In this document: positions 28,483 through 38,246 of the stretch, piece by piece
Position numbering within the stretch: the first letter of the stretch is position 1
How the letters are laid out: the number at the start of each line of letters is the position of its first letter
The notes under the pieces: model-generated
Database searches by the model: none
What the model was told of the DNA's origin: nothing
The model's input: only the letters and a program-made list of their open reading frames with translations
Made by a program: the position numbers and the translations under genes
Source: Clostridiales bacterium
GTDB lineage: Bacteria > Bacillota > Clostridia > Saccharofermentanales > Saccharofermentanaceae
Assembly: GCA_017513085.1 (NCBI GenBank)
Contig: JAFWDK010000015.1
Location: forward strand, 32,001-96,000
Direction: 5' to 3'
DNA: 64,000 nucleotides

Positions 28483-29514
28483 CTATGTCAGGATATCCGG
28501 ATCCTTTCCGTTTTCTCGTATATATGCTATCACGTTTTCCTTCGTTCGGATCTTCTCCGCAAGCTCCTTCGGAAGGGTAGATAGAAATTCCGAAATCGAC
28601 ACTTGCGAGTTCTTCCGGATTTCTTTGAGAAGAAGTGTATCTTTCTTTTTTCTCTCCGCTTCCGACTTCGGATATCCCTGTCCGAAAGGCTCGGAAAAAA
28701 GTTTCTCGACCGTCTGTTCAAGATTCTCTTTTCCCTGCCATGTATATTCCTCACCCAGAGGAACCGACACGGCATTTCCGTCGTTGATCTGCGCGAAAAG
28801 ATATGCATCCATCGGTGTCGGAACATACCCGCAGAGCACGCCCGGCACGTTATTACAAGCCAGCATCATGCCCTGCCCGGAAGAGCATCCTGTCACCACA
28901 AGATCGAGAGATCCTGACGCCAGAAGAAGCCCCGCCAGAATGGAGATCTCGATGTAACTGTACTTCTCTTTTTCCTCCGGTGTGCAACCGAAGTTCAGCA
29001 CCGTCGCATACTTCGCATACTTCTTCACGGTCTCGAATAGAAGTGAGTTCTTTTCGCTCTGGGAACTAGCCTGGATCACGCCGATCCGCATCGGGACTCC
29101 GCGTATATTTTTCTCCTTCTGGTAAAAAGCACGGACGAACATCTGAAACTCTTCTTCGCTTTCGCAGGCCTTTCGGCACTGCTCCATTTTCGAAGCAGAG
29201 CGGAGATACACATCCTCGATCTTTTTGCACTCGAACTCCGGGCATTCCTTGCACCAGGATACGTCATGTTCTTTCGTGCAGGGAAGGAGCATAAAGCTGC
29301 AGGTCGGACGGCAGCCGCAGCCGGTACACCGGATCTCATCGTTACTGACTACGTGATCCCTCCATCCGGCACGATACCAGAACTCCGCCGTCTCGTGAAG
29401 TTCCTCTTCTGTTCTTGCCAGAAATCTGGGGCAGACCGCACAATCGTCCCCGCACACGGAGTAGATCGGCGGTGCTTTTCGAAGCTCAGGAAATCGATCA
29501 ATATACCATTTCAA
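28483..29514 (-). CDS. Fusion of a Cys-rich DUF3795-like domain and an RpiB/LacAB-family isomerase
   Basis: CGDDCAVC, CTGC and CKECPEFEC in the N-terminal 141 aa; then MRIGVI...TGCSSGQGMMLACN...INDGNA. Confidence 0.75.
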   Translation of the reverse strand: MKWYIDRFPELRKAPPIYSVCGDDCAVCPRFLARTEEELHETAEFWYRAGWRDHVVSNDEIRCTGCGCRPTCSFMLLPCTKEHDVSWCKECPEFECKKIEDVYLRSASKMEQCRKACESEEEFQMFVRAFYQKEKNIRGVPMRIGVIQASSQSEKNSLLFETVKKYAKYATVLNFGCTPEEKEKYSYIEISILAGLLLASGSLDLVVTGCSSGQGMMLACNNVPGVLCGYVPTPMDAYLFAQINDGNAVSVPLGEEYTWQGKENLEQTVEKLFSEPFGQGYPKSEAERKKKDTLLLKEIRKNSQVSISEFLSTLPKELAEKIRTKENVIAYIRENGKDPDILT

Positions 29515-29520
29515 ATCGCG

Positions 29521-30003
29521 TCACACTTCTTTCTGCATATAGCCACAGGTAAACGGGAAGAAATCGAATTTCTTCGTGCCGATATGGACCGCGCCGAAGC
29601 TCTCATACCACTTCCTAAGGACAGTATTTTCTTCCACGATGGAGATATTTACGATCGTACATCCGATGCTATGCGCGTAGGAAAAAGCATGCTCCAGAAG
29701 AAGTCTTCCTATCCCCTGATGACGGCACTCCGGAAGGACCGCCAGGTTATTGAGTTCACACTCCAGATTCTCCTGCATCGCCAGAGAATAATATCCGCAG
29801 ATATTTTCCTTCTCATCCACATAGACGAACATCGGCCGGCCTTCTTCCAGCTGCGAATAGAGCCTGTCTTCCGACATAGCAAAAGCTGTGAAACGAGGTG
29901 CATTTTCCGTGGTAAAACCAAGCTCCTCCGCAACTGTCAGAAAACTCTTTCGGATCACATCCACACACTGCGGGATCTCTTCCCGCTTCATTTCACGAAT
30001 CAT
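29521..30003 (-). CDS. GNAT acetyltransferase
   Basis: LAVLPECRHQGIG, WYESFG. Confidence 0.9.
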   Translation of the reverse strand: MIREMKREEIPQCVDVIRKSFLTVAEELGFTTENAPRFTAFAMSEDRLYSQLEEGRPMFVYVDEKENICGYYSLAMQENLECELNNLAVLPECRHQGIGRLLLEHAFSYAHSIGCTIVNISIVEENTVLRKWYESFGAVHIGTKKFDFFPFTCGYMQKEV

Positions 30004-30255
30004 TTCGCAGCTCTCCTTTCCATCTGGATCTTTTTCCTACGACCGGGCTATCGGTTTTTGAACACTAGCAATCGTTTTTTCTTTAAGAAAAGTATAGCAT
30101 TCCTCGGCGGAAAAGGCTTTATCCTTTCAGTATAGGATCTGCGGTGTGTGCATGGTTTTCTCTCAAAATTTTCCACTTTTTCCATGAAAAATCTTTCTGA
30201 ATTTCCACTTTTTCCATAACGCAAGTGTAGCACTAAGTTGGCATCAAATTGAGTC

Positions 30256-30957
30256 TCACACCTTCCGCATCCTGGCGACGTTCCTGTTCATAACTTTTCT
30301 TCCGTAGTGAACATAGGCGAAGTCCTTTACTTTGCTCCATGTCTGCTTGTGAAGGGTGAAGAAAGTATCCGGATCATCGAAGGTTCCGAAGTCTTTCACC
30401 ATCGATGCATTTTGTACGAAAAGATCCTGTCCCCGCCAGGTCAGATCCAATTCTGTCAAGTCCGGGACCGAGATGGCATATTTCTGAAATGGCCCTTTCT
30501 CCGGGTTCTCCTTCTTCTTCACGCCCTGCACATAGGCATCGTCCGTGATCACGCCCTCCAGTGCGATCCATTTCCCGTCATAGAAAACCTCCACCCAGGT
30601 ATGGGCGATCGTCTTCGGTGCCAGGATCGAGATGATGCCCGAGGTCGCTCCTCTCTGAAAGCACTTGCTGACTTCCGATCCGTGCAGGCGGCAGGGGATC
30701 CCACATCCGCGAAAGAGCGCCATGAGAAGTGTCGCCTTCGTGTTGCACTGGCCATATCCATCTGCGAGTACTTCTTCTGCGGTAAGTGTGTCAGAGCGGT
30801 TATATCCGAAAAGGATCTCATTTCGGACATAGTCATAGATCGCGCCGATCCGATTATAGGTGTCGAGATCTTTCCATCCACGGGATTCGATCAGATTCTG
30901 GATCGGTGCGGCGTCATAGTTTACCATCGGGGTTTTCTTAAGATATTTATTTTCCAT
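30256..30957 (-). CDS. Transglutaminase-like protein
   Basis: GYGQCNTKA, GIPCR, HTWVEV. Confidence 0.85.
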   Translation of the reverse strand: MENKYLKKTPMVNYDAAPIQNLIESRGWKDLDTYNRIGAIYDYVRNEILFGYNRSDTLTAEEVLADGYGQCNTKATLLMALFRGCGIPCRLHGSEVSKCFQRGATSGIISILAPKTIAHTWVEVFYDGKWIALEGVITDDAYVQGVKKKENPEKGPFQKYAISVPDLTELDLTWRGQDLFVQNASMVKDFGTFDDPDTFFTLHKQTWSKVKDFAYVHYGRKVMNRNVARMRKV

Positions 30958-31061
30958 ACTGTGCCTCTTTTCTATAGCCGCCTCATGCCCGCGTGCCCTT
31001 GGTTCGGGCATCGCGCGCCGGGCGCTCTTTCTTTTCTGGCATCAGTATAGAAAATCCCGGA

Positions 31062-31811
31062 TTAATAAACTTTCAGAAATTCGCTATCTTTTATGGTGCT
31101 TCTTGCCGGAAGTCCCATGAGTCTTTTTACCGTGGAGGCAAAATGCGATGGCGAGTCAAAGCCCGCATCCATCGCGGCATCGGTGATCTTCCTGCCGCTT
31201 AAGATATCCTGGAAAACTCTCTCCAGCTGGTGAAGAAGCAGATAGTCTTTCAAGGTGATCCCCACCTGCTCAGAGAAAAGATGCGACAGGCGGGACGAAG
31301 AAAGGTGCAGTTCTTCCGCAAAATGATCGACAGAGTGATCCGTGCAGCTGCAGTTTTCCAGCATGGAAAGGAATGCCGTGATCCGCTCATCCAGCTGCTT
31401 CTCAGAAGATCCGGCACCGACAAATTCATAGAGCTTCTCCATCAGATTCGTGTACGATTCTTTGGAAAATGCACTTGTCAGAGATCGCGCAAGTTCGATC
31501 AGTTTATCTACCTTCTTTTCATCTAGGATATAGTATTCGTTCCCGCTAAGAAGCATGCTCAGTTTCCGCCCCATATCCGAGGCAGGTTCGATCACGCAGG
31601 TAAAAAGAAGACCGCCACTAAACTTTACGGCATGCTTCACGTTCACATTCACAAAAAGGCACCGGTCGTGGATCTTCTCCTTTCCCACTTTCATCTCCGG
31701 AGTGCCGTGAAGAAACAGGAAAAACTGGATCATGCCGTGACTGTGTGTCGCGGCTTCCAGATGATCCGTGAGTGAAGCGATCTTATCGATATCCCAGTAG
31801 ATCCGGTTCAT
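31062..31811 (-). CDS. AraC-family regulator
   Basis: LSSSRLSHLFSEQVG, AGFDSPSHF. Confidence 0.9.
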   Translation of the reverse strand: MNRIYWDIDKIASLTDHLEAATHSHGMIQFFLFLHGTPEMKVGKEKIHDRCLFVNVNVKHAVKFSGGLLFTCVIEPASDMGRKLSMLLSGNEYYILDEKKVDKLIELARSLTSAFSKESYTNLMEKLYEFVGAGSSEKQLDERITAFLSMLENCSCTDHSVDHFAEELHLSSSRLSHLFSEQVGITLKDYLLLHQLERVFQDILSGRKITDAAMDAGFDSPSHFASTVKRLMGLPARSTIKDSEFLKVY

Positions 31812-31855
31812 GTTTTTCCTTTCTATTCATTCACTAACAGCCTGTGCGCCGGGCA

Positions 31856-32764
31856 TCAGAAAAGGTCCAGCGAACTGTCCAGATAGATCTCTTCTCTTAC
31901 TTTCAGCTGATATTCCGGCTTCGTCATATAGTATAGCAGGAACTCCAGGACAATGGCGCTTCCGAGGCTTCTTCCCTCAATCTTAAAGTGGGAAAAACCG
32001 GAAGCAAGATAGGTGTTCTGAATGTCATCGATCCCGATAAAGCCCGGGTTATTCATCGCGTCGGAGAAACGGTAGCCGAAAGAGGCAGAAGGCGATACGC
32101 AGACGTGGTCTTCCACGTCTTCACCGAGGCTTTTGCGGCTGACATTTTCGTAGCACTTCTTCCGGTCGCAGCAATCAAATCCGCAGCATTCGTTGCAGAG
32201 AAATTCCACTTTCGCTTTCTTATCGGGAGCGAGTGCTTTTAGCAAAGAAAAGGCTTTATTCAATCGGAAATCCGGCACCACATAGCGGAATTCTTCACGG
32301 GCCAGCTCGGCATCGAGATCCTGAAAAGCCGTCAGGACTTTCGTTGTGGAAGACACGAAATAGAAGCCCGGATAATTCGTTCGGATATAGTCCAGTAGAA
32401 GCTCGGAATGGACGATGATACCGTTCTCTGCGCCGCCGTTTCTCTCGAACAGCGCGCAAAGATCGTTGCAACGCTTGTCGGCAAGATGTTCTTCCCGAAG
32501 CAGTGAATTGCTGAATGTCAGGCGCGAAGAAATGCTGTATTCTTTCATGAGAGACGCGACATCGTGGGGATCCGCCTCGCCGAAACCGACACGGCCGCCG
32601 CCCCAGAGACAGTCCGCCGGCGCGCCGTAGATCGAGCCGATCCCGCACCAGTCGTAGAAATACTCGCGGTGCTCCCGGAATAAAGGAAGGAAAACCTTGT
32701 AGAGCTCATAGAACTCGAACAGGCCCGGCAGATGATAGCAAGCTGTCTTTTCTTTCTGATTCAC
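31856..32764 (-). CDS. Conserved hypothetical protein, peptidase-U32-like Fe-S protein
   Basis: FLCNECC...CCDRKKC Cys cluster and FKIEGRS motif; GTG start uncertain. Confidence 0.55.
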   Translation of the reverse strand: MNQKEKTACYHLPGLFEFYELYKVFLPLFREHREYFYDWCGIGSIYGAPADCLWGGGRVGFGEADPHDVASLMKEYSISSRLTFSNSLLREEHLADKRCNDLCALFERNGGAENGIIVHSELLLDYIRTNYPGFYFVSSTTKVLTAFQDLDAELAREEFRYVVPDFRLNKAFSLLKALAPDKKAKVEFLCNECCGFDCCDRKKCYENVSRKSLGEDVEDHVCVSPSASFGYRFSDAMNNPGFIGIDDIQNTYLASGFSHFKIEGRSLGSAIVLEFLLYYMTKPEYQLKVREEIYLDSSLDLF

Positions 32765-32793
32765 GATCCTGATTCCCTTCCGCACGGACGATG

Positions 32794-33918
32794 CTAAGCA
32801 TCCTCACTGAAATCCGTATCCATTGCAATTTGGAGCGTGTGATCAGGGTATTCTTTGCTGACTTTTTCGCAGACCTCCTGATACACCGCGCGTCGGTCTT
32901 TCGCATCAAAACTGATCACGATATCGAATCGGATCGACTTTTCAGCTTTATCAAGATAGAATCCGTGCATTTGCAAAACTCCGGAAACCTCGCCGACGAT
33001 CTTGGCAACTTTATTTCTGGCCTCCACTGCTTCAGGATCCCGGGTGTTATAGGAATACACGCCGATTGCAGTAAGGATCACATTATGTTCACTGAATACC
33101 TTGATCTGGATCTTCCGCAGCAGTTTATCAAGATTATCGGCAGAGAGAGTATCAGGAACTTCAATATGAACTGATCCGTTAAAAGAATCGGGTCCGTAAT
33201 TATGCAGGACAAGATCATAGACGCCATTTACTTCCGGAAAGCTTGCTACTGTTGCTTTAATGCTTCTGGCTAAATCAGCATCCACACGCTCGCCGAGGAT
33301 CTTCGACAATGTATCCCTTAGCATCTCTACACCTGCTTTGATGATCACTGCAGAAATGATAGCACCAAGCCATGCTTCCAAAGATAGGCCAAAGAGAAGG
33401 TATATGGCAGCAGCTGCAAGTGTTGAAGCGGAAATGACAGAATCCAGTACAGCATCGTCGCCCGAATTGATCAGCGAATCGGATTTCACTTTTTTCCCGA
33501 CACTCTTCACATATCTTCCAAGGACGATCTTGACCAGAACCGCCACGCCGACGATGATAAGAGAAACGGGAGCATATTCCGGCGTAACAGGGTGGATGAT
33601 CTTTTTGACTGATTCGATAAATGCCGTAATACCGGCATAAAGAACGATCACGGAAATGATCATGGCACTTAGATATTCGATTCTTCCATATCCGAACGGG
33701 TGCTTCTTATCCGGCTCCTTGCCGGCAAGCTTCGTACCAATGATCGTGATCACAGAACTCGCTGCATCTGAAATGTTATTTACAGCATCCATGATAATAG
33801 CGATAGAATTGGAAAGAATTCCTATTACTGCTTTAAAAGATGCAAGAAAAACATTGGCAACGATACCGATCCCACTTGTCCTGATGATGATCTTGTTCCG
33901 ATCATTTCGTTCGTTCAT
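32794..33918 (-). CDS. Cation diffusion facilitator transporter
   Basis: DAVNNISD, PDKKHPFGYGRIEY, DLVLHNYGP. Confidence 0.9.
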   Translation of the reverse strand: MNERNDRNKIIIRTSGIGIVANVFLASFKAVIGILSNSIAIIMDAVNNISDAASSVITIIGTKLAGKEPDKKHPFGYGRIEYLSAMIISVIVLYAGITAFIESVKKIIHPVTPEYAPVSLIIVGVAVLVKIVLGRYVKSVGKKVKSDSLINSGDDAVLDSVISASTLAAAAIYLLFGLSLEAWLGAIISAVIIKAGVEMLRDTLSKILGERVDADLARSIKATVASFPEVNGVYDLVLHNYGPDSFNGSVHIEVPDTLSADNLDKLLRKIQIKVFSEHNVILTAIGVYSYNTRDPEAVEARNKVAKIVGEVSGVLQMHGFYLDKAEKSIRFDIVISFDAKDRRAVYQEVCEKVSKEYPDHTLQIAMDTDFSEDA

Positions 33919-34052
33919 ACCCGTTCCTCCTAAACTCTCTGTTTCAACATATCAAATCTATTTCGTATGCCCATTACCGAAGTACATTAACAGGAAGTGA
34001 TGGTAAAAGCATACCACTTCAACAGATTTCAGACAATGAACGAGGAGCATCA

Positions 34053-35303
34053 TTACAGCCAGTTCAGACGATCATGGAATTCGATCTTTCTTTCACCTTT
34101 TTTCACTTCACCGATCTCGTAGCAATCGTAGGTCTTTCCGATATGATCCATGATTACTTTTTTATTTTTCTGCGAAGTGACCACAATAAAACCTACACCG
34201 CAATTAAACGTACGCAGCATCTCTTCATCCGTGATATTGCCATTATCGCGGATGAACTTGAAAAGGTTGAGGATGCGGATCTTTGACAGATCGATATCGG
34301 CACATAGTCCATCCGGAATGACACGGCACAGATTGCCTTCGATGCCGCCACCGGTGATATGCGCCATACCATGGATGATATCCTTCGGGAATAGTGCTTT
34401 TAGAGCGGGATAATAGGGTGTATGAGGCTTCATGATCTGCTCGATGAACGTCATGCCGTCAATCTTATCGAGCTTGATCTTCGGCATCTTATCCATAAGA
34501 AGACGCACCAAAGAATAACCGTTGGTGTGAAGTCCATTGGAAGCGATCGCCAGGACCGCGTCTCCCTCTTCGATCTTTGATCCGTCAATGACTTTCGACT
34601 TCTCCACAATGCCGGCGATACTGGATGTCAGCACGTAGACGCCCGCATCCACCACCAGCGGCTGGATGGAAGTTTCGCCGCCCACAAGGGAGCACTCGTT
34701 CTCCCGGCAGGCATCCGACACACCTTTGACCAGCGTCTTGATGGTATCCTTCTCCGCATTTCCGCAGACGATGGTATCGAGGACCGCCAGGGGTTTAGCG
34801 CCCATGACGACGATGTCATTGACCAGGTGGTTGATCATGTCATGGCAGATGGACTCCGTGTAGCCGTATTCCATAGCCAGTTTCTGTTTCGAACCGGGCT
34901 CTTCGGACTTCAGGACCAGTACCGGATCGGTTATTTCCGGGAACTTGATATCGTACAGTGAGGCAAAAGGACCCAGGCCGTTCAAGACGCGGCGGTCTTT
35001 CGTTTCCAGACTCTTTGCCATTTCTTTCTTGATCGTATCCGTATAAGTGATATCGATGCCGGCCTTGCTATATGAAAGTCCGTCGGCTTCTTTTTCACTT
35101 CCAGCAAGAAGCTCATCCACCGAAACTTCAAGGACCGTCGCCAGTTCTTTTAGACTCTCGATATTGGGATATGCGGTGCCGTTTTCCCACTTGGACACCG
35201 CCTGAAAAGACACCTTCAATTTATCCGCTAGCTGCTGTTGGGTAAGATTCAAACTCTTTCTTTTCTCTGCGATAAAACGACCGATCTTCGAACTGTCCAG
35301 CAT
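34053..35303 (-). CDS. purM: XRE HTH fused to a divergent PurM (AIR synthetase)-like enzyme
   Basis: LTQQQLADKLKVSFQAVSKWE; then YSKAGID, VNDIVVMGAKP, LVGGET, SNGLHTNGYSL, AHITGGG, RTFNCG. Confidence 0.8.
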   Translation of the reverse strand: MLDSSKIGRFIAEKRKSLNLTQQQLADKLKVSFQAVSKWENGTAYPNIESLKELATVLEVSVDELLAGSEKEADGLSYSKAGIDITYTDTIKKEMAKSLETKDRRVLNGLGPFASLYDIKFPEITDPVLVLKSEEPGSKQKLAMEYGYTESICHDMINHLVNDIVVMGAKPLAVLDTIVCGNAEKDTIKTLVKGVSDACRENECSLVGGETSIQPLVVDAGVYVLTSSIAGIVEKSKVIDGSKIEEGDAVLAIASNGLHTNGYSLVRLLMDKMPKIKLDKIDGMTFIEQIMKPHTPYYPALKALFPKDIIHGMAHITGGGIEGNLCRVIPDGLCADIDLSKIRILNLFKFIRDNGNITDEEMLRTFNCGVGFIVVTSQKNKKVIMDHIGKTYDCYEIGEVKKGERKIEFHDRLNWL

Positions 35304-35422
35304 GACCCGGCACCTCCGTTTTTTCTTTATCATAGCCGCTTAGCCGGCGCGAAAACAATAACCTTCTACTTGAGTTTAACATGAAAATTCAACTTGTGGT
35401 TGAGGAAAAATATTTAACTTTT

Positions 35423-35463
35423 TGTCGTATATACTTGACATTATGTCGCAGACGTTGTACTAT
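35423..35463 (+). promoter_or_regulatory. Sigma-A promoter with overlapping palindromic operator
   Basis: TTGACA (35435)-17 bp-TACTAT (35458); TGTC-gtatatactt-GACA dyad over the -35. Confidence 0.7.
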
Positions 35464-35526
35464 TCATCTTGCAAGGCAGGGAGAAGCCCTGCCGGACAGA
35501 TGCGTTTTGCACGGAGGTGTAAACTT

Positions 35527-36480
35527 ATGAAAAAGAAAACATTAGCCTCGACGGTTTTGTCGATCATTATTGTGACAGTAGTCATTCTGGCAGCAGGCAT
35601 CAGATGCGCGCTTCGGCCGGAGAGCAAAGACTTTATTCAGTTTAGTAGCACGGTCACCGTCACAGACACCGGCATAGAACATGAACTCGAACCCATCCAC
35701 TTCGAGCCGATCGGCAAGAAGGTCACTTTTGATGTAGAGATCGATGGACCGGACGGAATAGATACCGAAGTCATCATCCACGTCGGATCACCGGATTCCG
35801 CATCTATCGTGAAAGAGAAGATAACCGGAACCGGGGATGGCAGTGCGAAGATCCATGTCACCGATGCTGAGGGCAAGGATCTGTATATGCAGTTCATTCC
35901 TGAAAACAGCGGTTCTCTCGCCCCCTCATCCTATAGTCTCCAATTCAAGCTGAAGGGCACTTCTGACGAACTGAAATTCCATAGCGGTCCCATGATGATT
36001 GCCGCCCTTCTCCTGGTCTTTGGGATCTATGTAATCGTGACAACCAACCGCAGCGAAAGCAAATACGATGAGCGTCAGCTGGCCGCTCGCGGAAAAGCTG
36101 CGATGAATGCACTGATCATTGTTATGATGTGCTGTTTTACATATGGCTGTCTGAGCATGTCCGTCGAGAACTTCCCGATCTCCATGTATGAGGTTGGCAT
36201 CGGATCAGTGATCGTAGGCTCGACCGCATTTGCCATCATGTGCGATGTCAATGATGCGTTCTTCGGTCTTTCCGAGAGACGCGCGAAGTTCATTGCCCTT
36301 TCTTGGGTCATGGGCATCCTGGCACTCTTTGGCGCCGGCATGACATTCCTCGGGCTCGGAAGATTTAACGAGATCACCGGCACAGGGCTCGTTGTAGGCA
36401 TCTGCTTCCTCCTTCTCGCCATCGAGCTCACGGTGAAGTCATCCATCGAGAAAAAGGAGGCCACTGATGAAGAATCTTAG
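35527..36480 (+). CDS. Membrane protein (beta-rich extracellular domain plus DERQ-motif TM domain)
   Basis: N-terminal TM, beta-rich region, KYDERQLAARGKA, 4-5 TM helices; SD GGAGGTG. Confidence 0.65.
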   Translation: MKKKTLASTVLSIIIVTVVILAAGIRCALRPESKDFIQFSSTVTVTDTGIEHELEPIHFEPIGKKVTFDVEIDGPDGIDTEVIIHVGSPDSASIVKEKITGTGDGSAKIHVTDAEGKDLYMQFIPENSGSLAPSSYSLQFKLKGTSDELKFHSGPMMIAALLLVFGIYVIVTTNRSESKYDERQLAARGKAAMNALIIVMMCCFTYGCLSMSVENFPISMYEVGIGSVIVGSTAFAIMCDVNDAFFGLSERRAKFIALSWVMGILALFGAGMTFLGLGRFNEITGTGLVVGICFLLLAIELTVKSSIEKKEATDEES

Positions 36481-36661
36481 GTTAAAAGCGGCACGCGCCG
36501 CCCTGGACATGTCCCAGCAGGATCTGGCCGACAAAGTCGGCGTCTCCCGACAGACGATCAACGCCATTGAAAAAGGCGACTATAATCCCACGATCAAGCT
36601 CTGCCTGGCGATATGCAGAGCCCTCGGCAAGACCCTGGACGAGCTGTTCTGGGAAGAATAA
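36467..36661 (+). CDS. Small XRE/Cro HTH regulator
   Basis: SQQDLADKVGVSRQTINAIEKGDYNPT. Confidence 0.9.
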   Translation: MKNLRLKAARAALDMSQQDLADKVGVSRQTINAIEKGDYNPTIKLCLAICRALGKTLDELFWEE

Positions 36662-36669
36662 GTTCAGTC

Positions 36670-36704
36670 AAAAGGGGTGCCTCCTGCTGTGAGAGACACC
36701 CCTT
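36670..36704. terminator. Hairpin between convergent genes
   Basis: AAGGGGTG...CACCCCTT. Confidence 0.65.
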
Positions 36705-36731
36705 GTATCATTTCTGAAATATACAAAAATC

Positions 36732-36874
36732 TTACGCTTTCCACACGCTCTTTTCGATCGCACACACATCATCGTGATACGGCCCTTCCCCGGTGAAAAG
36801 CACCTGGAACCTGCACTTTTCCAGCACGCGCCCCGACGCCTTGTTCTCCTGAAGGCGTACGCCGCGCACGTGTT
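36732..36874 (-). pseudogene. 3' remnant of a RimJ/RimL-type GNAT
   Basis: ENKASGRVLEKCRF motif with no 5' half; abuts the stop codon of the upstream gene. Confidence 0.7.
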
Positions 36875-37651
36875 TCAGATCCCTTTCAGCGCACCATATC
36901 CCTTCGACGGAAGGATCGTTGTCTTCTCTGGAAAAAGCACTTCGCAAATTCTCAGTTCCAGTTCCTGCCTGTGGGCAAAGTGCGCGATCAGGGCCTCCTC
37001 CCCCGAAACTCCTCTTGCCTTCGCGTAGGGTGAATTATCGAAGAACTGCATCATCAGCGGAAACCACATCTCCACACCGTTTTCATCCGACCGTTCTTTT
37101 CTGATCACCTGAAGATTCCCGAGAAGATCTTCCGCCTTGAGATAAAGGATCTGAAACTCTTTTCCCGAAAGAGCATCGCGGATTTTCTGATAGAAAGAAA
37201 GGATCTCTTCATCAGACAAATTCCGGAAGAGGATCATGTCCTCGACGATGTTCTGGAAAAGCGAGCACTCGAAGATGTTCCCGTCACTGTTCCACGCCGC
37301 AAAACGCCGGAGAATGATCGACTCGAATTCCTCAAAAGTCACCCGGTTATTGTAGATCTCATACTGCTCCAGATCCTGATAGAATGCCCGATCTTCGGAA
37401 CGGATCTTGGTATAGGTCACGATCCGCTTTGTCCCCTCAGAAAAAGTCTTCTCCTCGATCTCATTACGAAGAGACGGATACTTCTCGAGGATCGCCGAAT
37501 ACTTCTCCTCATCCAAATATGCACACCAAGCAAGTTCCACAGGCGAATACTCGCCTTCCCGGACCGCCTTGAGTTCCGGATGAAGCTCCTGAAGCTTACT
37601 TACCAAGGTGCTTTTGCCACTTCCCTGTAAACCTTCAACGAAATAATTCAT
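36875..37651 (-). CDS. P-loop nucleoside/nucleotide kinase-like protein
   Basis: FVEGLQGSGKST Walker A at the N-terminus. Confidence 0.7.
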   Translation of the reverse strand: MNYFVEGLQGSGKSTLVSKLQELHPELKAVREGEYSPVELAWCAYLDEEKYSAILEKYPSLRNEIEEKTFSEGTKRIVTYTKIRSEDRAFYQDLEQYEIYNNRVTFEEFESIILRRFAAWNSDGNIFECSLFQNIVEDMILFRNLSDEEILSFYQKIRDALSGKEFQILYLKAEDLLGNLQVIRKERSDENGVEMWFPLMMQFFDNSPYAKARGVSGEEALIAHFAHRQELELRICEVLFPEKTTILPSKGYGALKGI

Positions 37652-37673
37652 CAGCCTCTCCCTTCTTCGGAAA

Positions 37674-38126
37674 TCACTTCACGAACTTTCTGTACACCCG
37701 GCTGGTGTCGCCGTTCCAGTCAGTCATATCCTGCCAGTAGGTGTAGCCGTACTTCTCGTAAAGACCTTCTTCTCCTGTGGAGATGTAGATCACCTCATGC
37801 CCGTCTTCCTTCGCCAGCTCGTAGGCGCGATCCAGAAGAAGTCCCATGCGGCGCCCGCCGCGATATTCGGGGAAAGTATAGACAAACCCGACCCACGGCG
37901 TGAGTGTCGGATCTTCGATCTCGTCTCTTTCCGCATAGGTGCAGAATGCCGCGAGTTTCTCACCGTCGGTGAGAAGCAGAAGTTTCGACGTCTCCCCCAG
38001 AAGATTCTTGAATTTATTTTCCGAAAGTAATTCATATAGAAAAGCACCTGCCACCCAGTCGCTTTTCTTGATTTCTTCTTTCCAGTGTTCCTGGTTGTTC
38101 GAATCAAAATAGTTAATGATTTCCAT
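37674..38126 (-). CDS. GNAT acetyltransferase
   Basis: VYTFPEYRGGRRMG, LYEKYGY. Confidence 0.9.
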   Translation of the reverse strand: MEIINYFDSNNQEHWKEEIKKSDWVAGAFLYELLSENKFKNLLGETSKLLLLTDGEKLAAFCTYAERDEIEDPTLTPWVGFVYTFPEYRGGRRMGLLLDRAYELAKEDGHEVIYISTGEEGLYEKYGYTYWQDMTDWNGDTSRVYRKFVK

Positions 38127-38246
38127 GTATTCCTCTTTTGCCCAAAGTATCGGTTATAGATTCATCTTACAGCAGGAAAGAAATCTTCGCATTATACCCG
38201 AAATCTAATCCGGGCCGGATTCGACAAATAATCGCCACCAATCGGG

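Noticed and set aside
33919-34052. NiCo/czcD metal riboswitch before the CDF transporter
   Set aside because: Only a simple hairpin is visible and I could not match the conserved riboswitch core; an Rfam scan would settle it
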